From positions 8,308,001-8,372,000 of the forward strand of contig JBHGNT010000006.1 in the NCBI GenBank assembly GCA_043228905.1: DNA of 64,000 nt, given 5' to 3'. The notes beneath the pieces were generated by a model. The model was given only the letters and a program-made list of their open reading frames with translations, did not search any database and was not told where the DNA came from. Every line of letters starts with the position of its first letter. Positions within the stretch are counted from its first letter, which is position 1. Below are positions 1 to 14,160 of this stretch, in pieces. The position numbers and the translations under genes are program-made. This DNA is from Azolla caroliniana (taxonomy: Eukaryota > Plantae > Polypodiophyta).

Positions 1-3000
1 AATGCAACTCATTGTTAACTTATTGGCCAACGGATGTAGAGTTGATGGGATATCAAGAGGTATTAATTTCTGCGATGCGTGATCTTATGGCAAAAAATTA
101 TCAACATGCTAAACTACATTGTCTAAGACAAGAAGTGGAGGATGCTAATTGTCAATCACATAAGTTTTTTCATGATCTTCATGAATCACATGCACGTCAT
201 AATGTGGTAAGGTTAGAGGAAAATGGTATCATGTGTTCCGATCCTGAAGAAATTGTGAAGAAATGCATAGAATATTATACATAATTGTTGGATATACAAG
301 TGTGTATCGATGATAATGTTAAAAAAGATAGAGATGTATTTTTTAATGGAGTGAAAATCATGTATCGCATGATGTGGCACAATCATTAGATGCCAATATT
401 TCAAAGGATGAAGTGGAACATTTCATGTCACATCGTGTTAATGATAAGAGTCCTAGGCCGACTGAGAGTTTAATGATGATTTGGTTTAATCTGATTTCTA
501 TGCTACAAGGTAAGTTTGACAGCCTTCAGGGGCCCTCTGATGCGAGTGAAGAAGCTAGGTACCGCTTCCTTCTTAAATGGAGAGGTTCTCCGATGTTACA
601 GATGGTGGATGACAATGCAAAGTGGATATATTAGCCACCCCGATGGTTGTTCCCTCCTAGGGTACCAAACATAGAGGTAGGTGTTGAATTGTGAAGTGAT
701 TGGAGGGTGTCTTTGCTGAATGTGGGTTGTGTGAGGCTCATGTTGATGGGAGTCAATCGAGTAATTATGTGACGAGGCTTTGTTGCATCATTTATACATG
801 ATGTTTTCTTGTAGCCATTGCAAAGTGGCTTGTAACATATGAGTTGTATATTATTCTATGTACTTTTTCTTAACTAATGGAAGTAGAAATTTTTTGGAAA
901 AAAAGAGTCCTGGGTTGGATGGATTAACACATGAACTCTTTAAAAAATATGTGATTAAGTTAAAGGGGCCTTTTATGGTTTTATTTCAGAAGGTGTGGGC
1001 ATCAGGGGAAATGCCTCATCCTTGGAAGATTGGTTTGATAAAGCTTTTGCCGAAGGTGCCTTCTCCATCTTCCTTTGCTCAATGGAGGCCTATTTCATTG
1101 ATGGGGGCAATGTACAAGATTTTTGCAAAAGTGATGGCCAATAGGTTGCATAAGGTTTTACCTTCTATTATTCATAATGCTCAATATGGGTTCTTAGCAA
1201 AAAGAGACATTTTACATAATATTTTAAATGTTCAAATGGCAATTGACAATGCAAAGGAGTCTAAACAAGAATTAGTGTTGCTACAATTGGATATCGAGAA
1301 AGCCTATGATAATGTGGCTTGGTCATTTATAAATCATATGATGTCTGATATGGGTTTTAGTGATCGTATGTCTAAGTTGATATACACATTAGGGAAGGGT
1401 TTGGTTTCACATGTGATGTTTAATGGAGGAGTAACACAACCAATTTCTATTCGGAGGTCAATTAGACAAGGATGCCTTGTAAGTCCTTTACTATTCACTA
1501 TTGTGACACATCCTATTCTTGTTAAGTTACACAATATGGCTATAGAGGAAGAATTGCTTGGACTAAGGTTGCCATAAGGGAAGCCATGTATTGTTCAAGC
1601 TCTCACAGATGACCATATTATGTTTTTAGCACCTAATCGAGAAAATATTAGTAAGACAAGAGATGTGTGGGAATTGTTTTCAAATGCTTCAGGGTTAGGA
1701 ATTAATATGCATAAATCTATCCTCATTTAATGTACAGAACAAGATGTGTTGGGGTTGGGGTGGTCAGGAAGGATAGTACATCGTGGTATGATTTGTCGTC
1801 ACCTTGGATATCCAATTGGGGTGGAAGTTTCTCGTGTGAAATTTATTGAGTGGGTATCCAAAAAGTTGGAAGATAAGCTTATGTATTGGAGGTCTCAATT
1901 TTCGCCTTTTCATGTACGCCTTAAGGTGATTCAATCAAGTATGGTCGCTATGGTATCTTATTATCTTCCTTTGCTCCCATGGTCAAATCAAGCTCTTGAA
2001 ACGTTGTCATGCTCAATGCGAATATTGTTATGGAAAAGAAATGGAAAAGTGCCTTGTCGTGGTTGGCATGGGATCATGTTTATACTCCGAAGCGTCTTGG
2101 TGGGGCATCAATATTTGAATCTATATGAGCATATGGTGGCTCATTGATTTACTTTCATTCGATTTATGTTTGAAGGTGTGCAACCTTGGATAGAAATGGG
2201 GGCATACTTTATACAGAAGAACGGAATTAAGCTTGGAAACATGAAGGTTGAAGCGAATTGGTGGAAGGTAATTAATTCTGATTGGGATGTCAAATGTGCA
2301 GGGTCTATGATAGTTAATCATTTGTTGACATCTTGGCAAAGTATGTTGGATTTTGTGGAATGGCATCCCCCACAAGAAAGGGGATGTGCGAATTCATTAC
2401 AAATGGAGGTTTTGGCGACATCAAGGTTGTTGAGGTGGGAAGGTAAACAAATTCTTAACCTTCAATTTAATCGGATGGCTATATTGGGTTTGGTAACAGT
2501 TAAGAATGCTATGTTGGTTTCACAAAGAAGATTAATGGTTTTTCGAACAATAAGATCAATATTTTGTATTCCAAAAGGCTATAATAACTTTATTTGGGAT
2601 AAGTTGCAACAAATACTATCTTCGCATGAACCAATTCCTGATTTAGATGGACAATCTCAAGAGCTTGATTGGAGGTCTATTGGAAATAAGAGATTGACTA
2701 TGATCTCAACAAATGTTGCTTACCACAAGCTAATTGACAAACATAAGTAGTTGGAAGAAAGGGTTATAAAGATATGGGGTTTTCATAAGCCCATTACTTG
2801 GTGGCTTCATGTGATCAAGGTAAGTTGGTGTTCTTGATTGATGCTACGAGCCAAGGTATTTATTTGGAGAGTTATGGTTGGAGCTTTACCATTGGGGGAT
2901 GCATTAAAGAAAAGAAACATTACTAAAGGATTGTGTTTCTTTTGTTTGGTGAAATTGGAACATAGTAGGCATCGATTTATTTCATGCTCGGTGGCAAGGA

Positions 3001-3350
3001 TGGTTTGGAGGTTTATCTGTTTAGTGTGGATGTCTCTAACCGGAGTAAGTCTATCTTGCTTTAGTTGGATTTTTGCACATATGGAGAACAATGAACCAAT
3101 GCCTCATTTTCAAATTATTTTTGAGTTCTCGTGGTATTAGGGGCTATGATTCAATTGGAATATGTGGAATGCCTTCATTTTTTATTCGCAAGTTGGGGTG
3201 AGAAAATATGTTCTAAAGTTAAAAGGACTTCTTTTGTGGCAATTGACAGTGCTAGAGAAGTCACAAAATCTCAACCAAGAAGAGAGAGAAGTTTGCAAAG
3301 TCACATATCATCATATTCGCCATTTGAATTGGTGTGTAGGGTGGCATTGA
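1..3350 (+). pseudogene. Decayed L1-like LINE ORF2 (reverse transcriptase and zf-RVT), 5'-truncated by the window edge
   Basis: ORF 858-1577 has KSPGLDG, WRPISL, QYGF, LDIEKAYD and RQGCLVSPLLF. Downstream fragments give HLGYPIG and a zf-RVT motif (KVFIWR...CFFC...EHSRHRFISC, 2838-3140). Many stops and frameshifts. Confidence 0.92.
458..902 (+). mobile_element. Short insertion, probably a 5'-truncated LINE 3' end, inside the LINE RT
   Basis: The host 'KSPG' codons are duplicated either side: AAGAGTCCTAGG (446-457) and AAGAGTCCTGGG (903-914), a ~12-bp TSD. The insert ends in a short A run. Confidence 0.6.
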
Positions 3351-3457
3351 GTTTGGTGTCGTAGTTTTCTTTAGATCCCTAGATAGAAGGGTTCTATACT
3401 TTGTAGTAACTTAGTCATGGTGGTGTTCTTTCTTTCGTAATGAAAGCCATTATTTAC

Positions 3458-3459
<2 letters not shown>

Positions 3460-3496
<37 letters not shown>
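3460..3496. repeat. (GA)n microsatellite
   Basis: Perfect GA dinucleotide run directly after the LINE 3' end. Confidence 0.95.
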
Positions 3497-3499
<3 letters not shown>

Positions 3500-3723
3500 T
3501 CAGTTGGTAAGGTTGCCCATTGGAGACCAGGCGGTCATGGGTTCAACCCCTACATTCCATAGTGGCATCTAGTGAAATAAGAGATATATATGTAGTCTAG
3601 TGTAACAGAGAGTAAGAAAATTGGGTTTCGAACCCAAGATGCAGTGCTAGTACTATAAACGACTTACCACTAAGGTAAACTAATTACAAAAGAGAATGAG
3701 AGAGGGAGGGAGAGAGTAAAATA

Positions 3724-3760
<37 letters not shown>

Positions 3761-3940
3761 GTAATAGAGAGGTAAGAAAATTGGGTTTCAAACCCAAGAT
3801 GTAGTGCTAGTAGTGTAAACGACTTACCACTAGGGTAAACTAATTACGATAAAAAGAGAGAGAGAATGTGTGTGTGTGTTGCTCAACGGAGACTAGAAGG
3901 TCATGGGTTTAACCCCCTACATTCCACAATGACATCTAGT
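3497..3940. repeat. Alternating tRNA-derived (SINE-like) units on both strands, separated by microsatellites
   Basis: Plus-strand units at ~3497-3573 (GCTCAGTTGGTA...GGGTTCAACCCC) and ~3880-3940. Minus-strand units at ~3601-3690 and ~3760-3850 (rc TAGTGGTAAG...GGGTTCGAAACCC). No complete cloverleaf. Confidence 0.55.
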
Positions 3941-6650
3941 AAATAGTTGTGTGTCTATTAGAGCTAGTCGAAATTGTTTCCTTGGTGGAGTGTTCATTTT
4001 TTCTATCAATGATTTAGCATATCCTACTACACGTGTAGTGGTGACACCACTCAGTTATGGTACCATGGAAGTAACATTTTTTTCACACATTTATTAGTAT
4101 AATCATGTGTTTTCGCCAAAGAGAGTGAGAGAGGAGGCACACACCCTAATAGAGCTTATGCAAATGAAGATCATGACGCCAACGACGACATTTTAATGGT
4201 TAATCATTGTCTCAAACAGAAGACTATAGTCTTGACTACCTATTAATTGCATTTTTCAGCAATCTCTTATCATTCAAAGGTATGTATTGCACATTTGTAC
4301 TCATGGTCCTATTAGCAATTATAAAATCTTACGGGCATATAAGTAGCAATTTGTACTTACGCATTCAAAATAGGAATGCATACAAATTATTTGCCCTAGT
4401 TATGCTTACTTGATGTCAAATAACAAGTTATTGGATATCACAACGTTCCTCACCAAGATTAGCTATCAAAACTCCATGAAACCTCTTATCTTAGGTTCCA
4501 AATAAATCATAGTTGATATCACAAAATTATGCTACTTTTAAAAAAGAATCGTGTTCAAGTATAAGGTGACATGTTTTCTAGAACTATTTTCTTTAATCTA
4601 ATGATTTTTATTAGGCATACAAGTCAATGTTATTTTAACTTTTAAGACTTTGTAAACTGGATGGCACGAGATTATTTAAGAGGTATTCTGAATACTAGTA
4701 AGGAATCAACACCATAAGACAAGATTAGTTTGTATCTATTTGGCTTAGAACATAGTCAATTTGTAGTTAGGTGTTGTATTGCAATCTTGGGTGAAAAGGT
4801 AGGTGTTGTGTCATAATCTTGGGCGAATAAGTATTCGAATCCATACATGGAAAGCCTACACTTCAATGAGACCCACATGGTAAAAAACAAACACAGAAAA
4901 CATTTCTTGTAAATAGTTTATGCTTATTCCTCATTACATACAAAATTTGATCTTCGCAGTGTAGAAATTTTTTATTATCTTAAATGCCATTTACTCAACA
5001 TTTTAACACATCTCTTGTTGCTCCATCTTATAGGCCCTATTTCAACATCTTAAAAAACTGTTAGTTATTATTTTTACTTCACACCAATTGTTATGTTTGG
5101 CTAGTAAACCTGCATGTTAGTAATTTGACAATTCTATTGAGTGATTCTTATTTGTTGCCATACATTTTGAACATTCACTTTTACTTCTTTGTCTTAACCT
5201 ATTTGCCCAGATTGAATATGTCGAAGGGAATCTTATTGTTAATCACTCTTATGATTATCGTGGTTCAACGCTTTGAAATTTCAACCAAACGCTCTCAATA
5301 GAAATGACCATGAGTACCAAGTTGCATGGTTTTCAATGTTACTTATGTATAGGGTTACTATTACCATACTTGCCTTGGATGTCTCTCTCTCTCTCTCAAA
5401 AGTATTGTATATTTATTAAAACATGAAAATATAAAAAATCATTGCTATATTGTTTGTGGACTCAAACAATGAACCACATTCACACTAATAGGAAATCTTT
5501 ATGTTCATCGTTTGAGATCAGAGTGCTCCCCCATGGCTTTGCAAATTCATTGCACTTTCCTCTAGTGAATTGTTGTAAACCATGTCGATGCCTTCTTAAA
5601 CGCTATGCTCAAAAGTAATGGTTGGTATGCCCTCAAATGAAATATAGAAGCCACAAATTTCTATGCCTATTTCAATATATGAAACTGAATAATTGATAAG
5701 CAATCCCTTTCTTTTATTTTTCCAATGGTGACGTGAAAGACATGAGCATGTGTAATGTTGTTGCATATGTTCACTCATAACGATCCACATGCTCACATGT
5801 CATATTGACCAATTAACATAGTTGTACCACATTCTATCGAGTCTAGGGCAATGCTTAATTTCATACCAAGAATAATTTTGTTTTCATACAATACAACTCA
5901 AGGAAGAAGTCTCTATAGGTAATCCATTGGACCCTTACTTGTATTGTTTTACGAAGACATCCCTCACTTATTCACTCGCAAAAATGTTCCTTTTGTTGAG
6001 ATGATACTCCATCAAACTATTGCATTGTTAAATTTTAATTATGTATGCATAAACTTTACATGGATATGATGTGTTACTTAACCACAAAACTTTACGGATG
6101 TGATCAAACCAAAATTTAAATTAAATAGCCGTTTGTAGACAATATTCATCACTTATTGTATCCAAAACATCAAGGTTAAGAACATATATGAATTAGCTAA
6201 GCAGGGGGATAGTGCGATGGATTGCTGGCTTGGCTCGGGGGCCTTCCCAATCACCATTTCCCAAGCCACTTAAACTGATAAGCCATGGCTCAGGTTTGGT
6301 TTTGGCTCAAGCAGCCCAAGCTTGGTTGGGTTGGCTTGATTGGGTTAACGACTCAGCTCAATCATTGCATCTTTTTTAATAGGGTTGGCCCTCAACCTAC
6401 ACGGTTGCTGATTCCTAAGTGCATATGCATTGGCATTGGCTTGTTGTTGAGAGAACATCTTCATGCAACTTAGTACATTCTGATATGTATGTAAAGGCTA
6501 CCATATTAGCAAACATGCCATGACGGATTTTGTACTGGTATATGTGGGCACGACATGTTATACATGTATCCCCCGTACATGCTAAGTGTGAAAAGGCTAA
6601 AACTTGTCTTCCACTTAGTAGTGTGTGGGGAGAGAGTTTGGAGTGTGTGT

Positions 6651-7773
6651 TGTTGATGGATGGGGGTGGATCGGCTCCACCCCCCTCCCAAGGGGGTTCG
6701 AATGTGAGGGGGGAGAGAGAGATGCACAGAGAATGAGAAGAATGAGAGAGAGAGGAAGAGTCAAGACACAGTTGAAGGGGTAACGTCAATATATTTCTCC
6801 TTTCTTTTTTCATACCCCATGGGTGGGGTTTAAATAGAATAAGATCTAATCATTACAAAAGTCGAATGGACGTAGGTACACCTACTTACCCCACCTAACA
6901 CTCACACATTCACATTTCATATTACACCTTACGCACCACCTTCCACATTACACCTAACCCTCCTTGATACACATTGCTTGACTTGGGCAATAAAACACCA
7001 TTCATCTCCAAAACTGACAAACCATCATAGTGTTTAGAGTGCCCAATACGTTTTAGAAAAGTTCTTGTAGAATGTGACCAGTTGCATTAGGAGCCAGTTC
7101 TCCATTTAAAATGATCAGCTCCAAAACATTCATCAAAGGACACAAAATCATCCATATACTCCATGTTGAAACCAACAGCTATTGCTCGAGTATTTGACGC
7201 AGAAGCTGTAACCAAACACCAAAAGAGAAAACTCCGTGTATAAAATAAGACCAAGAGGAGAATGATTTCCATATCTAATAGGTGTTCTTCTTGATCCGTC
7301 ACCGTAGCCATCGCAGATTGGCTTTCACACAAAGAGGCCACATAGACACCTCTCCCTAACACAAAGACACAAAGAGAGAGAGAGAGATTAGTGATGGAGA
7401 GGGAGAAGGAAAGACAGACTTCTTCTCAAGGGGCGTAGGCCGTAGGGCGTGCCGAGTGTTTATGGGTGGGGGGTGGAGCCACTCCCAAGAGGGTTCGAAT
7501 GTGAGGGGACAGAGATGCACAGAGAATGAATGAGAGAGAGGAAGAATAAAGATAAACACGGTTTGTGGGTAACTTCAATATATTTCTCCCTTCTTTTTTC
7601 ATACCCCATGGGTGGGGTTTAAATAGAATAAGATCTAATCATTACAAAAGTTGAATGGACGTAGGTACACCTACTTACCCCAGATAACACTCATACATTC
7701 ACATTTCATATTACACCTTACGCACCACCTTCCACATTACACCTAACCCGTTCGTACACCTATACGGGTAACA
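6651..7773. mobile_element. Small two-LTR deletion derivative (TRIM-like) nested in the Copia-1 5' LTR
   Basis: TG...CA ends and TSD TGTGT (6646-6650 and 7774-7778). Two ~310-bp direct repeats (6651-~6960, truncated, and 7457-7773) flank ~500 bp with no recognisable domain. Confidence 0.8.
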
Positions 7774-8494
7774 TGTGTGAGTAAAACCCCTCCGAGACAT
7801 AGTGTGTGAGTTAGAGTATACAACCAATGTTTTCTTTGCCCCCCCCCCCCCCCCCCCCCCCCCTTTTTTTTTTTTCTCTCTTGGCTCCCTATTCTTCCGT
7901 TTTATAACAAGCTCGGGAGATCACAATAGAGAGCTTGGGAGTTCACATTACAGAGCTTTGGAGATTGTAGTAGATTCATTGGTGATTGGAGCCGCTTGAT
8001 TGTAGCAGTTACCTATTGTTGGGCATCTCCAACATCTTCGACATTGAAGAAAGAGCGTGCTATTCACAAGTATTTCCCTTGGTTAAACTCTCACGTTTAT
8101 TTGCCATTTGCGAAACATTCCTGGTGGAAATAAGATGTGGTGGGAGAGACCCCTACCACATTTGGAAGAGAGATTTGGGATCAGTGTGAATGTATAGTAG
8201 AGCAGATGCGTATAGTTTGTGATTTGGGAGATGTATGCTAGTCAATATTGTTGATATTTTGGAAGTTATATGCTTTTAGTGGTGCGTGTTATATGCAAGA
8301 GTGATATCAGTCTTTTTTGACAGTTTGCAACTGATATTTTGGAAGTTGTATGCTTTCAGTGGTGCGTGCTACACGCAATATTGGTATCAAAATTTGACAG
8401 TTTGCCATAAGCTAGTTAGTTACTAGTTTTTGTTGCCCAAATAGGATTTTTTTGCCCAATCGTATTTTGTTGCTTGATACTATTGTTCACTCCC

Positions 8495-11400
8495 ATGGAG
8501 TTTGAAATGTTGGATACATCTAGTAGCACTTCTGTTGGTCACAATAGTTCAAGTAAGAACTATTCATTTTTGGGAAAAGATCATATTGAGATCCGGAAAT
8601 TTGATGGAACTAATTTTGCTTTGTGGAAGAATCAGATGTGTGATGTATTGGTTCAAAGAAAGCAAACGAGGCCTTTAGGCGGCAAAGTGAAGAAGCCGAA
8701 TAACATGGATGATGGTGATTGGGAGGAACTTGATGCCTTGACCATGTCCACTATAAGACTTCACTTGGTGGATAGTGTCTACTTTACTGTTTTAGACAGT
8801 AAAAACTCCGAAGAACTTTGGAAAAAGTTATGCAATACCTATGAGAAGGAAACTGCAGCTAACAAGGTGTATTTGATGAGAAAGCTATATGATCTTCGTA
8901 TGAAGGATACGAATAGTGTTGCGTCTCATTTAAATAAGTTTGATGCATTATGGTCACAGTTGCAAGCTCAGAAAATGACCATGGATGATGAGCGGAAAGC
9001 TGTACTTTTGCTATGCACATTGCCTAGCTCATGGGACACATTTTGCACCGCTATTAGCGCTAGTGTACCAAATGGGAAATTGGTCTATAATGACATAAGT
9101 GGAGCACTATTGGGTGAAGAAATAAGTAGGAAATCTACGGTTTCCTCACAAGTTGGAGAGACATATAATGTTCGAGATTCTGGTTATGGCAAGAACCAAC
9201 AACGTGGTAGAAGTCATACTAGAAATAGTCATGGAAATCATGATAAGAGCAAAAGTAAGTCTAGGAAGAGACTTGTGGAATGCCATTATTGCCACAAGAA
9301 GGGTCATATCAAGAAAGACTGTTATGCCTTGAAGAACAAAGAAAAGGAAAAGGGTAAAACTCCTGTTGATGGGCATGTTAAACAGTTGACTGGTTCATCA
9401 CCTTCGGTGAAGATAGAGGAAATAAATGTCGCATGCGATGATGGTGTTGACATCTTGTTCATGGATGATGATGCTACCTATGCTGAGGCTAATATTGCTC
9501 ATGCCCTTGCTCATACATGGTTGTTGGACTCTGGTGCTTCATTTCATGTGACTCCACATAGAGAGTGGTTCACATGATACGATGCTAAACCACTTGGTAC
9601 AGTACGACTTGGAGTTTCACATCAGTGTGATGTGATTGACATTGGAGATGTCATGGTACAATTTTCTGATGGCTCTCAGTTTACTGTACAAAATGTACGC
9701 CATGTGCCTGAGCTAACTTGTAGCTTAATGTCTGTTCGACAGCTTGATAACATTTGTTTTAAAGTGATATTTGCTTCCTAGTCCTTTCGTATTATGAAAG
9801 GAAATATGGTTATTGCCAAAGGGAACAAAGTTGATTACTTTATCCTTTAGTTGTTTATCAAAAAGAGCATCTTTTGATAGCCACAGAACAACCTATGACT
9901 TGTATTCGGCATGGCCGTTTAGGCCACATGTCTCGTACTAGAATGGAAACTTTATCACATTTTGACTATTTACCTGTGTTATCATTTTCTAATTTTTTAG
10001 TTTGTGAGCATTGTCAATATGGTAAACAAACGAGAAGTGTACATCAGATTCGTTCTGATTCTTCTACTCAACCCTTGGATTTAGTTCATACAGATGTATG
10101 TGGCCCTATGCCTACTAGATCATTGGGTGGAGCTTTGTATTTTGTTACATTTATTGATGATGCCAAAAGAAAGGTGTGGGTGTATCCCATAAAGGGAAAG
10201 GGTGATGTGTACCCCATTTTTGGAAAATGGCTTGCCTTGGTTGAGCCTTAAAAAGGTATAAAGCTTAAGGCTTTACGTTCTGATAATGGAGGTGAGTATA
10301 CCTCTCATGAGTTAAGAGATTTTTGGGAGTCTAGAGGCATACGTAGAGAGTTTACTTCCCCTTACACTCCGGTACAAAATGGTGTGGCGGAGAAGATGAA
10401 TAGAACCATCTAGGACAGAGTTGTTTCTATGTTGCATCATGCAAATCTACCGCAAGGTTTTTGGGCTGAAGCAGTTTGGAATGCAGTCCATGTGATAAAT
10501 CTATCACCTAGTACTACCAAAGGCTTGAAATTGGCGCAAGAGTTGTGGACAAGTTTAAAAAACCCCAAACTGTGATCATCTTAGGGTATTTGGATGTGAA
10601 GCGTATGTTCACGTTCCAAAAGAGTTAAGGCAAAAACTAGATTTTAAGAGTAGAAAATGTATTTTCCTTGGCTATGGTGTAGATGGTCAATTTGGATATC
10701 GTTTGTGGGATCCTGAAACGCACACTATAGTTAGAGAGTAGTGATGTCGTTCTCAATGAAAAGATTATGCATAAGCAACCAATTAAGGAAGTGAAGTGAG
10801 GAAAGTTGTGTTTCAAGATGTTACACCCTCTATTAGTGTGCAAAAGAATAATTCCACACCTATGCCCAACAGTCCTACAAATGTTCACCCATATGAGGAT
10901 GTTCAAAATGAGGATGCAAGTATATAACCTGAAAACAGTCTGACTCCGGTTCAGAAACCAGTGAGACGATCTACTCGTGTCTCAAGGCCACTGGCTAAGC
11001 TCACGGACTATGTGATGTTAACGGATGCAGGTGAACCTTCTTGCTATAAAGAAGCTATGTTGGCTAGTGATCATGCTAAGTGGGAGCATGTCATGCACAG
11101 TGAATTGGACAATATTTATAAGAATGGTACTTGGGATTTAGTACCTTTGCCAAAGGATAGGAAAGCATTACCATGCAAGTGGGTATACAAGTACAAGTAT
11201 ACGTCTGATAGTGTTTCCCCAAAGTATAAAGCATGCGTGGTAGCCAAAGGTTTCAAGCAAGAACATGGAGTTGATTTTGATGAAACCTTCTCCCATGTAT
11301 TTAAGATGACTACATTACGTATGTTGCTTTCATTGGCTGCAAATCAGGATTTGGAATTAGTCCAAATGGATGTGAAGACTGCCTTTTTACATGGGGACCT

Positions 11401-12586
11401 TGATGAGGATATTTATATGGAACAACCAGAAGGTCATGAAGTCTCGGGAAAAGAAGATTTGGTATGTAAACTCAAGAAGAGTTTGTATGGGCTTAAGCAG
11501 TCCCCCAGATTGTGGTACCAAAAGTTTGATGCTTTTATGAAGACTCAGGGGTGCACTAGAAGCAATGAGGATCCTTGCCTTTATACGAAAAAATGTTCAG
11601 ATGAGAGTTCCATTATGTTGATACTCTATGTTGATGATGTGCTTATCGTTGGTTAAAACAAGGATGAGTTGTCCTTGTTGAAGAAAAACTTGAGCCAGAT
11701 TTTTGACATGAAGGATTTGGGAGATGCAAAACATATTCTTGGTATGCGTATTACTCATGATAGGAGTAAGCAATGCATTTACTTGTCTCAGGCTGAGTAT
11801 ATATCGAAAGTGCTCAAGAGGTTTAATATGGAGAATACAAAGCCGTTGAGCACTCCATTGCCTATATATGTAAAACTGAGCACATATGATTGCCCCACGT
11901 CTAATGAGGACAAGGAATTCATGTCCAAGGTTCCTTATCAATCCGCAGTTGGGAGTCTTATATACGCCATGGTGGCTACTAGACCAGACATTGCATTTGT
12001 AGTGGGAGCAATAACTCAATTCATGTCAAATCCTGGTAAGAAACATTGGGATGCAGTCAAGTTGATATTGAGATATCTGAGTGGCACTAAGGATAAGTGC
12101 CTTTGTTTAGGTAAAGGGGATGCCTCTATCATTGGATACACAGATTGAGATTATGCTTGATGCGCTGACAGTAGGAAATCTACTTCAAGGTACATCTTTC
12201 TGATTATGGGAGGTGTCATTGCTTGGAGATCTCGTCTTCAAGAATGTGTTGCATTGTCAACTATCGAAGCAGAGTATGTTGCAGCTAGTGAGGCATGTAA
12301 GGAAGTAGTATGGCTTTTTCGACTAGCTTGTGACATGGGTATACCTCAACATGTACCCAAACTGTTTTGTGATAGTCAGAGTGGCATTGCCTTGGCTAAG
12401 AATTCGGTATATCATGCGAAGACCAAACATATTGGAGTGCGATACCATTTCATTCGGGAATCCGTAGCTAATGGTTGCATTAGCCTTGAGAAAGTTGTTT
12501 CTCGCGAAAATGCTGTAGATGCATTGACCAAGGCCTTACCACAAGATGCGTTGGAGCATTGTTGTCACTTGATGGGAGTCACTTAG
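8495..12586 (+). pseudogene. Copia gag-pol polyprotein, disrupted
   Basis: KFDGTNFALWK, zinc knuckle CHYCHKKGHIKKDC, protease WLLDSGAS, integrase HGRLGH...CEHC and HTDVCGP, RT QMDVKTAFLHG and LYVDD, RNase H CDSQSG...TKHI. In-frame stops and frameshifts. Confidence 0.95.
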
Positions 12587-14160
12587 TGCCTTACGGTACA
12601 CACTTGTCGTGTACATTGTGTAACATGCCCATCAAGTGGGAGGTATAGGTCTAGGTCTTGTACAACTCAACCTTCCATTATTCGTACTCCTAGTTTAGGC
12701 CTTTTAGTGGGAGATTGTTATACATGTATCCCCCCCATACATGCTAAGTGTGAAAAGGCCAAAATTGGTCTTCCACTTAAAAGTGTGTGGGGAGAGAGTT
12801 TGGAGTGTGTGTGAGTAAAACCCCTCCGAGACATAGTGTGTGAGGTAGAGTATACAACCAACGTTTTCTCTGTCCTCCCCCCCCCCCCCCCCCCCCCCCG
12901 CTCCCTTTTTTTCCGAAATAGAGTATTTTTCTCTACAGAGCTATTTTTCTCTTTTGGCTCCCTATTCTTCCGTTCTATAACACGACCCAACATGAGAACA
13001 ATGTTATTTGTAACAAATTTTGTCTCAAGAGTGACATATACTTGTACACATACTAATGAGTAACACATGATGAGTGATTGTTTCATGCATGTCATGTGGA
13101 TTTGTGAGTATGAGGGATGTTTCGAAATTCATTACAATTGTTAACTATGTTTTGTTGATGGAAATGTTGGCACTTTCAAGCTAACCCTAAATTGTAGTTA
13201 TTCAATTCAAACAAGGCAGTAGCTGATTTATACAATATGTTTCTGGAACAATTTAATAATCCATTGCAGGTATGTTAAGATTTCATGCCTAGGAAAGAAT
13301 AAAGGAGCAGCACACATTGCAACAGTATACAATTCCTGATTTCAACTTCTAAAACTGATTTATATGACCAGCATTTTCTTTGGAAACTCCTCTTTTGTAC
13401 CTAAAAGACTGTAATAGTTCAGAAAAACGTCATTTAGGGTTTGGTAGGAACACTCCTTTGCCCTGTCTTGTACTCTTTTTTTTCTTTCTTTCCCACTACT
13501 TTCCATTATTTGGTTTGTTTTGCTTCATACTAGAAAAAGCAATCATACATCTTTCACAATCTCAGAAATCTCTTTTACAACTTGCCATTGTGGTCAAGCA
13601 TTACAACACCCCTTAGCAATGACCATTGTGCACAAGTATTACAGCATTTCTTAGAAATGATCATAAAACCTAGTAATTTCTCTCATTGAGCATAAATGCC
13701 GGTAATGCATATTCATTCCTTGTCTGAAACGTGTTGCAACAATTAACTAGCTCATTCACATGGTGAACTAAAAAACTAGAATCCAAATTATACTTCCTAT
13801 GCATTACATGATTCTCTATTACCTTAATAATAAGACATTACCAACATCCAAACTACTACTGTCATAACATGTTAAATATTAGACAGAATCCTTTTAATAT
13901 CCATTATTACTAAGCACAATCTGAAAAAAAACACAATGTTAGTTGACTTCACTTTATTTCAGCATTTGCTCATATGATATCTTAACAAACCAGCATGTTC
14001 TTGCATTAAAGGATTCTTTTGATCAAGTCAGCTGAAGGCCAAAATACAAGAGTGTTTTTGTATGTTAGCCTCAAGCCAAAATATGTATGGATGTGACTCA
14101 AGAGAGTGAGTGTGTGCATGTACCATTAAAGCCACATCATTATTGATGCGATTACGACCT

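Larger units (their letters stand above)
6556..12982 (+). mobile_element. Full-length decayed Ty1/Copia LTR retrotransposon (Copia-1)
   Basis: LTRs TGTTATAC...TATAACA at 6556-7909 (interrupted by an insertion) and 12716-12982. 5-bp TSD CGACA/CGACC. PPT AGTGGGAGAT before the 3' LTR. Order gag-PR-INT-RT-RH. Confidence 0.95.

Noticed and set aside
3497-3575. Functional tRNA gene
   Set aside because: Only A- and B-box-like motifs are present; the acceptor and anticodon stems do not pair.
6205-6375. Possible MITE with degenerate inverted ends
   Set aside because: The inverted match is weak and there is no clear TSD.
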